Source: Gammaproteobacteria bacterium (lineage in GTDB: Bacteria; Pseudomonadota; Gammaproteobacteria; CAJXQU01). From it: a stretch of 64,000 nucleotides of DNA. Both the position numbers and the translations under genes were made by a program. Shown here in pieces: positions 50,173 to 59,507 of the stretch; positions within the stretch are counted from its first letter, which is position 1; each line of letters begins with the position of its first letter. Location of the stretch: NCBI GenBank assembly GCA_965238175.1, contig CBDEGZ010000003.1:736001-800000 (forward strand). Reading direction: 5' to 3'. The notes beneath the pieces are model-generated. The model was not told where the DNA came from. It saw nothing but the letters and a program-made list of their open reading frames with translations, and did no database searches.

Positions 50173-50743
50173 ACAACTTATTTTATCCTGCTTAATCTTT
50201 TTTCCTTCCTTAACCTTCGCTCACGCAATTGAAGGCAATGGTTTTATGGCTGGGTTGTATCATCCAGTTTTTGGGCTTGACCATTTACTAGCAATGCTTG
50301 CCGTTGGCATTCTCAGCACACAAATCGGTGGCAAAGCCATCTGGACTGTACCCGCAAGCTTCGTCACGATCATGTTGGTTTCTGGGTGGGTTGGTATGGA
50401 GGCTCTAGTGGATTTATCCACTACCCAGGTTGAAAATGGAATTATTTTTTCTGTTATTTTGTTGGGATTTTTGATCGCATTTGAAAAAAACATGCCCACC
50501 TTGCTAGCAATGTTATTCGTTGCTTTCTTTGCGATTTTTCACGGCTACGCGCACGGTATTGAAGTTCCAGCAAAAGCCAATCCTTACTATTTTGCAGCCG
50601 GTTTCGTGATCAGTACAATTGTAATTCATCTTGCAGGTGTTTTGATCGGTTTTATCGCTGGACGATGGAAAATTTCTACGACTTTATTACGCTATGCTGG
50701 TGCTGTAATGATGGGTATGGGAATACAAATGTTATTAGGATAA
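50156..50743 (+). CDS. HupE/UreJ Ni/Co transporter
   Basis: G..HPV.GLDHLLAMLAVG, FHGYAHG.E. Confidence 0.92.
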   Translation: MSSNFKQLILSCLIFFPSLTFAHAIEGNGFMAGLYHPVFGLDHLLAMLAVGILSTQIGGKAIWTVPASFVTIMLVSGWVGMEALVDLSTTQVENGIIFSVILLGFLIAFEKNMPTLLAMLFVAFFAIFHGYAHGIEVPAKANPYYFAAGFVISTIVIHLAGVLIGFIAGRWKISTTLLRYAGAVMMGMGIQMLLG

Positions 50744-50766
50744 TATCTCAATTCCGGGTTTCAAAT

Positions 50767-51372
50767 CTAATTCAAAAACTTCAATAATTTTTTATCTTTA
50801 ACGACAGCAGAGAGTGCCTTTGAAACAATCTTATTGATCATTTTTTCATTCTGACTGGCCAGTGGTGTGATCAAAACTTCTTCTTCAATACTTGCTGCAT
50901 ATTTACTAGTGAAACTTTTGTCTTTTTTATTACACTTAACTCTCAACAAAATATTATTCTTAATCACTTTGGGAAATTTTTTGCCAAGTATTTCGTAACC
51001 CAAACTTTCAACAAAAATTGTCATGTCGATATCTGTAGCATTTGAATTAATCATATTAAAACCATAACCACTCAGGGCACCAACAAGTTCTTGTCTAATC
51101 GGTTCTTCAGATCCGCCGTTAATAGTTAAAAGGGCCGTATCAGAATAAATCCCACCACGCGTACCCAATACTTTAGAGGGGCGTTCGTCAACCACTTTTA
51201 AATCGATTGAGCGTGATCGGCCGATATCTTTTTTATCGACGGTAATCGACGGATTAAGACTAATAGATTGAGGACTCACAGCGCATCCAGAAACAGAAAT
51301 TAATCCGCTAAAAAGAGTTAGATAAAGTAATTTATACAATATACTTTTACTTGAATAACTATTCTGGCTCAT
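50767..51372 (-). CDS. YajG-family lipoprotein (start approximate)
   Basis: Lipobox VSGC; V.DERP...LG.RGG.Y. Confidence 0.75.
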   Translation of the reverse strand: MSQNSYSSKSILYKLLYLTLFSGLISVSGCAVSPQSISLNPSITVDKKDIGRSRSIDLKVVDERPSKVLGTRGGIYSDTALLTINGGSEEPIRQELVGALSGYGFNMINSNATDIDMTIFVESLGYEILGKKFPKVIKNNILLRVKCNKKDKSFTSKYAASIEEEVLITPLASQNEKMINKIVSKALSAVVKDKKLLKFLN

Positions 51373-51994
51373 CCTGTTTTCCATACCTTTTGAATTTTTC
51401 AATATTAATCGCTATTTCTTGCTTTGAAAGAATGACTGGCTCGCCGATTTGTAAAGTGAGAAAATATTGCTTTGCTAATTCTTCGACTTGAGTTGCCATA
51501 TCAAACGCGTGTTTTAAACTTTCACCCACAGCAAGCATGCCATGATTTGCTATCAAACAAGCTTTCCGATCTTGCATTGCAACTAGTATGTTGTCAGACA
51601 ATGCTTGCGTGCCGAAAGTTGCATATTCAGCACAGCGGATCGTGTCTCCACCCGCTTCTGCAATCATATAATGGAATGGCGGAATATCTTTTTGTAAGCA
51701 AGCCAGTGCTGTTGCGTAAGTAGAATGTGTGTGAACTATTGCTCCAACATCAGCTCTTTTCTGGTAAAGATCAAAGTGAAAACGCCATTCACTTGAGGGT
51801 TGTAATTGATCATCAGTACGCTTTCCATCGTTATCGATAAAAACAATCTGTTCTGAACTTAAACTCTCATTTGGAATTCCGGTGGGCGTGATCAGAAAAC
51901 CATTTTTCACCTGAATACTGAGGTTCCCTGTCCTGCCAGTAGTCAATTTCTTAGCTGTTTTTACAACTAATTTTCGTTTTAATGTTTGACTCAT
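51359..51994 (-). CDS. Class II aldolase (FucA/MtnB family)
   Basis: GNLS, ITPTG, PSSEWRFH, VHTHS, NHG. Confidence 0.9.
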   Translation of the reverse strand: MSQTLKRKLVVKTAKKLTTGRTGNLSIQVKNGFLITPTGIPNESLSSEQIVFIDNDGKRTDDQLQPSSEWRFHFDLYQKRADVGAIVHTHSTYATALACLQKDIPPFHYMIAEAGGDTIRCAEYATFGTQALSDNILVAMQDRKACLIANHGMLAVGESLKHAFDMATQVEELAKQYFLTLQIGEPVILSKQEIAINIEKFKRYGKQDEPE

Positions 51995-52040
51995 ATTAGG
52001 TGTAGGGCTGACAAATATAGATCTGATAAATAGTTAACTG

Positions 52041-53555
52041 TTATTTTAAGAATAACGAATACGCCGGATTTTCTGTTTCTTCCCAATATGGTAACTCCAG
52101 TTTCACCAGTAATTTCCGGAACTGATCTCTTTCTGGTTCAGGAACCTGGATACCCATTAATACACGACCATATGCCGCGCCATGATTACGGTAATGAAAT
52201 AAGCTGATATTCCAATCTTGTCCGATACGATTCAAAAAATGTAGTAATGCACCGGGACGTTCTGGGAATTCAAAACGCACCAATATTTCATTTTCAATTT
52301 TTGCACCATGCCCTCCAACCATATATCGAATGTGCATTTTGGCCATTTCGTTATCTGAAAGATCTACGACTGGATAACCTTTTTCTCCTAACTGCGCCAA
52401 TAGAGATTCTTTCTCTTCCAGGCCATTTCGGATCTGTATTCCTGCAAAAATGTGGGCTTGTTGATCATCAGCAAAACGGTAATTAAATTCCGTAATTGAT
52501 CGCAGTCCAATCGTGTGGCAAAAATCGTGAAAGCTTCCGGGTTTTTCTGGAATAGTTACTCCTACTAGAACCTCTCTTTGCTCTCCTAATTCGGCGAGTT
52601 CGGCGACATGACGCAAACGATCAAAGTTAATATTTGCGCCACTAAAAATGGCGACTAACTCTTTATCTTTGATATTTTCTCTAGCGACATATTGCTTTAA
52701 TCCTGCCAGCCCAAGCGCGCCTGCCGGTTCAGGGATTGATCTCGTATCTTCAAAAATATCTTTAACCGCTGCGCAGATCTCATCATTCGTCACCAATATG
52801 ACTTCATCAACATATTTTTGTGCAACCCGAAATGTTTCCGAACCAACCAGGCGAACCGCTGCGCCATCCGCGAATATTCCAATCTTATCGAGTAGAACAG
52901 GCTTACCTGCTTTTAGTGATCGTTCTAATGACGGAGCTTCATCAGATTCGACACCAATGATTTTGATCGCTGGATTAACCGATTTTACGTATGCACAAAT
53001 ACCGGCGATCAATCCTCCACCACCAACAGGTACAAAAAGGATATCGGGATTGTTCGGATGTTGATCAAGAATTTCTTTTGCGACTGTGCCTTGCCCTGCA
53101 ATCACCAGAGGGTGATCAAAAGGAGGGATGTACGCCAACCCTTTTTCATCAGATAACTTATGCGCATGATCACTGGCTTCATCGTAAGTATTACCATGCA
53201 GAACTATCTCACCACCGAGATGGCGTACCGAATTTATTTTGATCTCCGGTGTTGTTTTCGGCATGACAATGACAGCCGTGATGCCAAGCTTTTGAGCAGA
53301 CAGAGCTACACCTTGAGCATGGTTTCCTGCAGAGGCGGTAATAATCCCCTGTTGCTTTTCTTCCGCGCTGAGAGAAGAAATCAGATTATACGCTCCACGT
53401 AATTTGTAAGAAAAAACGGGTTGTAGATCCTCTCTTTTTAACCAAACTTTGTTACCTACTTTTTGTGTCAACGCGGGTGCAAAATCTAGCGGTGTTTTTT
53501 TTGCCACATCGTAGACTTTTGCTTGGTTGATCATTTCCAAATATTTCTTGAGCAT
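52041..53555 (-). CDS. ilvA: Biosynthetic threonine ammonia-lyase
   Basis: KREDLQPVFSYKLRGAYN, SAGNHAQG, two ACT-like domains, FHYRNHG. Confidence 0.97.
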   Translation of the reverse strand: MLKKYLEMINQAKVYDVAKKTPLDFAPALTQKVGNKVWLKREDLQPVFSYKLRGAYNLISSLSAEEKQQGIITASAGNHAQGVALSAQKLGITAVIVMPKTTPEIKINSVRHLGGEIVLHGNTYDEASDHAHKLSDEKGLAYIPPFDHPLVIAGQGTVAKEILDQHPNNPDILFVPVGGGGLIAGICAYVKSVNPAIKIIGVESDEAPSLERSLKAGKPVLLDKIGIFADGAAVRLVGSETFRVAQKYVDEVILVTNDEICAAVKDIFEDTRSIPEPAGALGLAGLKQYVARENIKDKELVAIFSGANINFDRLRHVAELAELGEQREVLVGVTIPEKPGSFHDFCHTIGLRSITEFNYRFADDQQAHIFAGIQIRNGLEEKESLLAQLGEKGYPVVDLSDNEMAKMHIRYMVGGHGAKIENEILVRFEFPERPGALLHFLNRIGQDWNISLFHYRNHGAAYGRVLMGIQVPEPERDQFRKLLVKLELPYWEETENPAYSLFLK

Positions 53556-53629
53556 GTCTTATGTATTGTCTGTACTTATTCAGCGTACAATAATAACATT
53601 ATTATCAAGGTCAGCTTAGAGAGATTACG

Positions 53630-54283
53630 ATGGATCAAGATGCAAAGAAAAAAGCAGTCGCAAGAGCCGCGATGGATTATGTTGTTGAAGATGCGTATAT
53701 AGGTGTCGGCACTGGTAGTACTGCAAATTTCTTCATTGAAATGCTGGCGGAAAAAAAAGGCCGTATCGAAGGTGCAGTTGCAAGTTCGGATGAAACCGAG
53801 AAACGTCTTAAGGAGCATGGCATCCCTGTCGTACCACTCAATAGCGTTAATGATTTACCTGTTTATGTGGATGGAGCAGATGAATGCACCAAGTTTTTAC
53901 ACCTGACCAAAGGCGGTGGCGGTGCACTGACTCGCGAGAAAATAGTTGCCGCAGTAGCCGAAAAGTTCGTCTGTATTTTTGATGACTCGAAGCTAGTTAA
54001 AACACTAGGAACCTTTCCACTTCCGATTGAAGTAATTCCAATGGCGCGAAGTTATGTTGCACGTGAGATTATCAAAATGGGCGGTCGTCCAGAAATTCGA
54101 AATGATTTCACCACAGATAATGGCAACATTATTCTTGATATTCATAATCTGGTAATACTTAATCCGGTCGAAACTGAAGAAAAACTAAATTCGATTGTTG
54201 GCGTTGTTACCAATGGTTTATTTGCTAAAAGACCAGCGGATGTTGCTCTCGTCGCTACCAATGATGGGGTTATCGAGTTTTAG
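53630..54283 (+). CDS. rpiA: Ribose-5-phosphate isomerase A
   Basis: [23 protein letters not shown]. Confidence 0.97.
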   Translation: MDQDAKKKAVARAAMDYVVEDAYIGVGTGSTANFFIEMLAEKKGRIEGAVASSDETEKRLKEHGIPVVPLNSVNDLPVYVDGADECTKFLHLTKGGGGALTREKIVAAVAEKFVCIFDDSKLVKTLGTFPLPIEVIPMARSYVAREIIKMGGRPEIRNDFTTDNGNIILDIHNLVILNPVETEEKLNSIVGVVTNGLFAKRPADVALVATNDGVIEF

Positions 54284-54297
54284 AAAAAAATTTAGAA

Positions 54298-54518
54298 ATG
54301 GTTCGTTGGTTAATCATTCTTGGACTTAATACCCAAGTATCACGGGTATATACCAATAGTACTTGGTTTATTATGGACACTGATTAGCAAGTTAGGGTTT
54401 GGAAGGCTGCCTGGTGACATTTCACTCGAGAAAAAAATACTTGACTTACTTCCTGCTTACTTCATTAATTGTTATCTCTGTAATTGTGAGTTTGATTTTC
54501 TGGTTCTTTCGTAAATAA
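54298..54518 (+). pseudogene. DUF2905-like small membrane protein with a 22-bp insertion and a frameshift
   Basis: MVRWLIILGL|IPIVLGLLWTLISKLGFGRLPGDISLEKK|...TSLIVISVIVSLIFWFFRK*, spread over frame breaks; GRLPGDI motif. Confidence 0.8.
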
Positions 54519-54547
54519 TCTAGCGAAGGTAATCGATCTGAAAAAGA

Positions 54548-56737
54548 TCAATCTTCTTCTATTTTAAAGGTTTCAATCTCTTCACCTTTAAAATATATAT
54601 CCCAACATTTTTGATAAGCTTTTTCTAAATTTAATACAGTTAATTGCGAATTGAAAACAGGTTTGATCAGCATATTTCGTTGCACCTTACGTCTCAAAAT
54701 TTTTAAATATTCGGGGTGTGTTGCCAGGTAATGGGCTCTCTCACAATATTCTTCCCTTGTGCTGCATATCAAGGTAGGAAATTCTAACATTGACAATTTG
54801 CTTGCTGTCATTCGGCTTTCCATTGTTGAACCAAATATGCTCAACACCGGTAGCCCTGCTTTCAAGGCTTCGGTTGTTATCTCATTAGCATCTGATTTGA
54901 TTGTGTCCAGAAATAAATCTGCTAATTGAAAATGCGATAGTCTAAGTTCTCGATCATCAACATTTTGGGTAAACACCAATCGATCTGGACTGATTTCGAA
55001 TTTTTCGGCTTCGCGGCGAAGGTTTCGGCTAACATTTTGATCCCATTCGATCAGCCAAATAACACTGTTTTCTATTCGCTTTAGCAACTGCATCCAACAT
55101 TCAAAAATGTCTGGCGTAATTAATTCAGGTTTTACGAAACAACAATAAACCACTCCTTTTTCTGGAAGTCCCATTTTTGATCGCTCTAAGCGTCTCACAC
55201 TCACTCGGCGTTCAGTGACTGGTAACCAACGATCGACTAGATGTGTGTTCGGCAATCTAACCAATTTTTCAGTCCATAAGTGATCCGAGCCCTCTGGTGA
55301 AATCAGGTTGTGGGTTATTCTATATTGTAAAAAATTACTACCACTACTGTAAGGTGCTCCACCAAAACCGATTTGAATAGGTGCACACTGTTGCGCCAAG
55401 AGTTCGTAAGGATACTCCAGGCCTACGCCATCCAAATCGATAAGGATATGAATACAATCGTCGTGGATCTTCTGTGCAGCATCAGCCTCGGAACGCGGAT
55501 AAAGTTCTGTGAATTGGTCACAATTCTTTTTGATCTGCTGGTTAAAAGGACTATTGTCTCCGGGAACCATCGAATAACAATAGATCTCAAACTCAAAACG
55601 ATTATGTAGTGCATAAATCTCTGCGGTATTAAGAAGATCTGAATCCTGATTGAAGGATTTAGCGAGATATCCGATCCTTAACCGCCCAGGTTTAGTTAAA
55701 AAGTGATAATCAAACTTTTTATTGCTATCACTAAATTCACTTGCAATATGCTTAGCTAATTCAAGACGTAGGAGTGGATCAATATCCGCGTAACTTGCAG
55801 CTTTTAGTAGCATTGTGTTTGCATCGGATGCAGAAATTCTATCAACCTTCTTAAGGTAGCTTTGTAGTGATACTAAATATTCAGATCGATTATGCCAATC
55901 ACAAGCTTTTAAACGTTGATCGGCTAACGACAAATAGAGGTGCAGAGGATCAAACTGCATTTCACAAGGTAGACTTAGGTTTTGTTGTGCAAGTAGTTCA
56001 CCTAATTTTTCTGCATCCAACAACTCCGCTTGGGCAAAGTACTGCTCAGCTTCGTTATATTGATTTAATCCTGCCATAGCCATGGCTGAAAGAATTAGTG
56101 CAAAAAAGTTTTCAGGTTGGGAAGTAAGTACATGTTTTGTTGTAACTATCGCTTCATCAAAACGACTCAGTGCGATTAACACTGAAGCCTGAAGCAGGTG
56201 CGACCTCTTTTCAGAGGACAATTTTACCATTCGAGTCGCATCTGCTAATGCTTCTTCAGAACGGCCTAGCCTCGTATATGTAATCGATCTTTTTTCAAGA
56301 GCTTCTAACATTTCTGAGTTTTCTTCAAGGACACGATTCAACGCATCCAACGTTTCGCTATAAAAAGAACCCTGAAATAATAGACTTGCATAGTTAAGCA
56401 ATGTTTGGGAATTGTTTGGATCAATTTTCAGCGCTTGTTGGATAACATCCTGCGCTTCCTCTGTACGTCGTAAATCAACCAATGCATTTGATTTAGCATT
56501 ATGTGCTGCGATATTGTTGGGATCAAAATGAATCGTACGCTCAAAGGCCAAAATAGCAGCCTCAGCCTGATTCAAACGGTACCGGCTAACTCCTAGTGAG
56601 AACCAGGCATCTGGGTTTTCTGGTGCTTGTGCGCAGCTTTGGGAAAATATTTTTTCTGCCTGAATAAATTTATCGGCATTCATCAGTTGTTTTCCTTTAC
56701 GTAAATCTTCAGAAATGTCGATCATTAATAAGCTCAA
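54548..56737 (-). CDS. TPR + GT41 (O-GlcNAc transferase/SPINDLY-like) protein with degenerate active site
   Basis: About 7 TPRs; CDW..R, RLRIGY, IHILIDL.G, APIQ, ADLFLDT, GLPVL. Confidence 0.85.
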   Translation of the reverse strand: MSLLMIDISEDLRKGKQLMNADKFIQAEKIFSQSCAQAPENPDAWFSLGVSRYRLNQAEAAILAFERTIHFDPNNIAAHNAKSNALVDLRRTEEAQDVIQQALKIDPNNSQTLLNYASLLFQGSFYSETLDALNRVLEENSEMLEALEKRSITYTRLGRSEEALADATRMVKLSSEKRSHLLQASVLIALSRFDEAIVTTKHVLTSQPENFFALILSAMAMAGLNQYNEAEQYFAQAELLDAEKLGELLAQQNLSLPCEMQFDPLHLYLSLADQRLKACDWHNRSEYLVSLQSYLKKVDRISASDANTMLLKAASYADIDPLLRLELAKHIASEFSDSNKKFDYHFLTKPGRLRIGYLAKSFNQDSDLLNTAEIYALHNRFEFEIYCYSMVPGDNSPFNQQIKKNCDQFTELYPRSEADAAQKIHDDCIHILIDLDGVGLEYPYELLAQQCAPIQIGFGGAPYSSGSNFLQYRITHNLISPEGSDHLWTEKLVRLPNTHLVDRWLPVTERRVSVRRLERSKMGLPEKGVVYCCFVKPELITPDIFECWMQLLKRIENSVIWLIEWDQNVSRNLRREAEKFEISPDRLVFTQNVDDRELRLSHFQLADLFLDTIKSDANEITTEALKAGLPVLSIFGSTMESRMTASKLSMLEFPTLICSTREEYCERAHYLATHPEYLKILRRKVQRNMLIKPVFNSQLTVLNLEKAYQKCWDIYFKGEEIETFKIEED

Positions 56738-56948
56738 ATATTAATATTTTCAATTAGATACAAAATATACTTGCATTACTACATTAAAAGTAGTTATTAT
56801 GTTACCTAACAGCATTCTTACAGATCGATTTATCTGTCACCAGTTAACTATGGTTACGAGCACAAGGCACAAACGGAGGGAAAATTGGAACTTTCCTTTA
56901 AGTAGTAAGGTCTTCTTGATACAGTTAATCTAAGAGAGGGGTAATTAC

Positions 56949-57095
56949 ATGTACGCACCAAAACCGGCAATCTGTGGAAATGGCCATGCAGCTATGCTTC
57001 GAATCTACGATGTTGATAAGCATTTAATGTTTAATGAGAAGAAATCAAAGCAGAAAATTTCTCGTAAGTCACGCAAGACAAAATCCAGGATCTAA
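56949..57095 (+). CDS. Candidate small basic protein (48 aa)
   Basis: GAGAGGGG RBS; MYAPKPAICGNGHAAMLRIYDVDKHLMFNEKKSKQKISRKSRKTKSRI*. Confidence 0.4.
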   Translation: MYAPKPAICGNGHAAMLRIYDVDKHLMFNEKKSKQKISRKSRKTKSRI

Positions 57096-57266
57096 CATCG
57101 ATCAAAGTTTAATTTTCACTCTAACAGTTTCCTCCTTTTATATTTAGGATGCTTCAATCAAGAAGCGTCCTATCTCTTTTTATCTATTCCTTCCGACAGA
57201 TTTACAATCAAAAATTTGAAGGATAATGTCTCTCCTAAGATTATCCAGATTGAGTGAGTATTAAGA

Positions 57267-57572
57267 ATGCATAAAATAAAACAATCATTCCTGATCAGTA
57301 GTTTATTTCTTTTCACACCATTTACATCAGCCGAAGAAACTAATCGGTCCACGGAAGCTCTCGTTTTTACCTGCTACACATGCCATGGTACGGATGGAAA
57401 AAGCCCAGGAGATATCCCAACTCTAAATGGCTTAAGCTCTGAAATTATTACCGCAAACATGCTGTCTTTTCAAAAAGATGAAAACGCATCAACGATTATG
57501 AACCGCATAGCAAAAGGTTATTCCAGAGACGAAATTACTCAGATTGCAAATTATCTGGCAACGATAAAATGA
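57267..57572 (+). CDS. fccA: Monoheme cytochrome c subunit of flavocytochrome c
   Basis: Signal peptide, CYTCH, TIMNRIAKGYS; overlaps fccB start. Confidence 0.88.
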   Translation: MHKIKQSFLISSLFLFTPFTSAEETNRSTEALVFTCYTCHGTDGKSPGDIPTLNGLSSEIITANMLSFQKDENASTIMNRIAKGYSRDEITQIANYLATIK

Positions 57573-58882
57573 AAAAGAATATTACTCAAATAAACAACAC
57601 ACATCGCAGGAATTTTCTTAAAGAAGTTAGTGCTGTCGGCACGCTATCAGCAGTCGGATTGCCGCTACTTTCCAGCTGTTCTAACAGCGCGAAATCGATG
57701 GCCCATGTGGTCATTGTTGGTGCTGGATTTGGTGGTGCTACCTGTGCTAAATATCTACGTAAGCTTGATCAAAATATAAAAGTCACTTTAATTGATGCTA
57801 ATGCTCACTATAAAACATGTCCCTTCAGCAACACTGTACTTGCTGGAATTCACGCTATCGATGATCTAATATTTGGTTATGACACATTACAAAATAATTA
57901 TGACATTGAGTTTGTCAACGCTATCGTTACCTCAATCGACTATGAAAAAAGTTATGTTCAATTATCCGATGGATCAAAAATAAGTTATGACAAGTTAGTC
58001 GTCTCGCCAGGGATTGCCTTTACCTGGAATAGTCCAGAAGGCTACGACGAAGCTGCCACAGAAATTATGCCTCACGCATGGAAAGCAGGCACACAAACAT
58101 TACTGCTAAGAAAACAACTCGAAGCGATGGATGATGGCGGAGTTGTTGCAATTGGGCCTCCTCCGAAACCATTCCGTTGTCCTCCTGGACCATATGAACG
58201 TGCCAGTATGATCGCAAGCTACCTAAAATCACATAAACCTAATTCTAAAATTTTGATCTTGGACGCAAACGAAAAGTTCTCAAAACAAGGGCTTTTCATG
58301 CAAGGTTGGGAAGCTCTCTACCCAGGAATGATCGAATGGGTTTCAGTAACCGAAGGTGGATCGGTACAACGCGTAGATACAAAAACGATGATGTTATATA
58401 CCGATATAGAAGAACATAAAGTCGCGGTTGCAAATGTCATCCCGGCACAAACTGCAGGTAAGCTTGTGCTAGAAAATGGGTTAACTGATGCGAGTGGTTG
58501 GTGCCCAGTTGATCAAAAAACATTTGAATCAACGTTGATCAACAATGTTCATGTCCTTGGAGATGCAGCACTTGCCGGTTCTATGCCCAAATCTGCATCA
58601 GCGGCTAACAGCCAGGCTAAGATTTGTGCACTTGCGATTACGGCGATGCTTAATGGTAATGAGCCAAGAGAGCCTTCTTTCCACAATACTTGCTATAGCC
58701 TGGTTGATGCAGATTATGGAATTTCGGTGAACGCGATTTACGGATTATCAGAAAACAAGATCACTAAGATAAAAGGTTCGGGTGGTGTAAGTCCAATGGA
58801 GGTTTCAGCTGAATTTAGAGTTAACGAAGCGAAATATGCCAGGGGTTGGTTTGATAGTATTACTTCGGATACCTTTGCTTAG
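57569..58882 (+). CDS. fccB: Flavocytochrome c sulfide dehydrogenase flavoprotein (FccB/SoxF)
   Basis: Tat RRNFLK; GAGFGGA, TCPFSN, HAWKAG, RCPPGPYERAS, MPKS, NTCYS. Confidence 0.93.
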   Translation: MKKNITQINNTHRRNFLKEVSAVGTLSAVGLPLLSSCSNSAKSMAHVVIVGAGFGGATCAKYLRKLDQNIKVTLIDANAHYKTCPFSNTVLAGIHAIDDLIFGYDTLQNNYDIEFVNAIVTSIDYEKSYVQLSDGSKISYDKLVVSPGIAFTWNSPEGYDEAATEIMPHAWKAGTQTLLLRKQLEAMDDGGVVAIGPPPKPFRCPPGPYERASMIASYLKSHKPNSKILILDANEKFSKQGLFMQGWEALYPGMIEWVSVTEGGSVQRVDTKTMMLYTDIEEHKVAVANVIPAQTAGKLVLENGLTDASGWCPVDQKTFESTLINNVHVLGDAALAGSMPKSASAANSQAKICALAITAMLNGNEPREPSFHNTCYSLVDADYGISVNAIYGLSENKITKIKGSGGVSPMEVSAEFRVNEAKYARGWFDSITSDTFA

Positions 58883-59228
58883 TTAATCTGTCTTTTCTAA
58901 GACCTTATTCAGCAACCCTTTATGAAAAACTTAAGCTTCGTATGTTAGGCGAGAGGACGTCTATCGAAGTCGTAAAAAAACAGTCGTGAGTATGATGAGG
59001 CAAAAGGATAATTGAAAAACAGGTTTAAAATTAATATGTTCCTCGTTACAACATTTTTATTTTATGGTTTATTAAAAACAAAATCTGAAAGGTTCCAGTC
59101 TTCAAGCATTCCTTTGAAATCATTACTGAATAGCCCTTTGCTATGTGCGTGTTGTGTAAATGTTCTACATCACCAGGGAAATTTAATTCCATAAGTTCAG
59201 GTTATCTAGCAAACTACCCAGAAGAGTT

Positions 59229-59370
59229 TTAGTTTTGGCCAAGCATTACACCATCAACACCCCAAATAACACTCGTTACCTAACTCGATTCATCGTTGAG
59301 CAAGAAGTTTATCGCGTTGGCTACATCTTTGTGATGTGCCAATCCGTCCAATTGGGTGAAATTCATCAAT
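59229..59370 (-). pseudogene. C-terminal remnant of an SDR oxidoreductase
   Basis: DEFHPIGRIGTSQ/(frameshift)DVANAINFLLNDESS*VTSVIWGVDGVMLGQN*. Confidence 0.7.
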
Positions 59371-59507
59371 TGTTCGGGATGAACTTAAAAAGCTTACCGC
59401 CTTTGACTGACCTGCAGGATCAGTACTCCTAAATAAAGAATGCGGATGAACAGGTTTCTCGCAAATAGTTAGACGAGGTCGCAACGCGCTATCACTAGTT
59501 TTAGAGG

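Noticed and set aside
51359-51994. Class II aldolase as evidence of a methylthioadenosine/DHAP-shunt pathway
   Set aside because: No mtnK/mtnA/mtnP neighbours in the window, so the substrate cannot be assigned.
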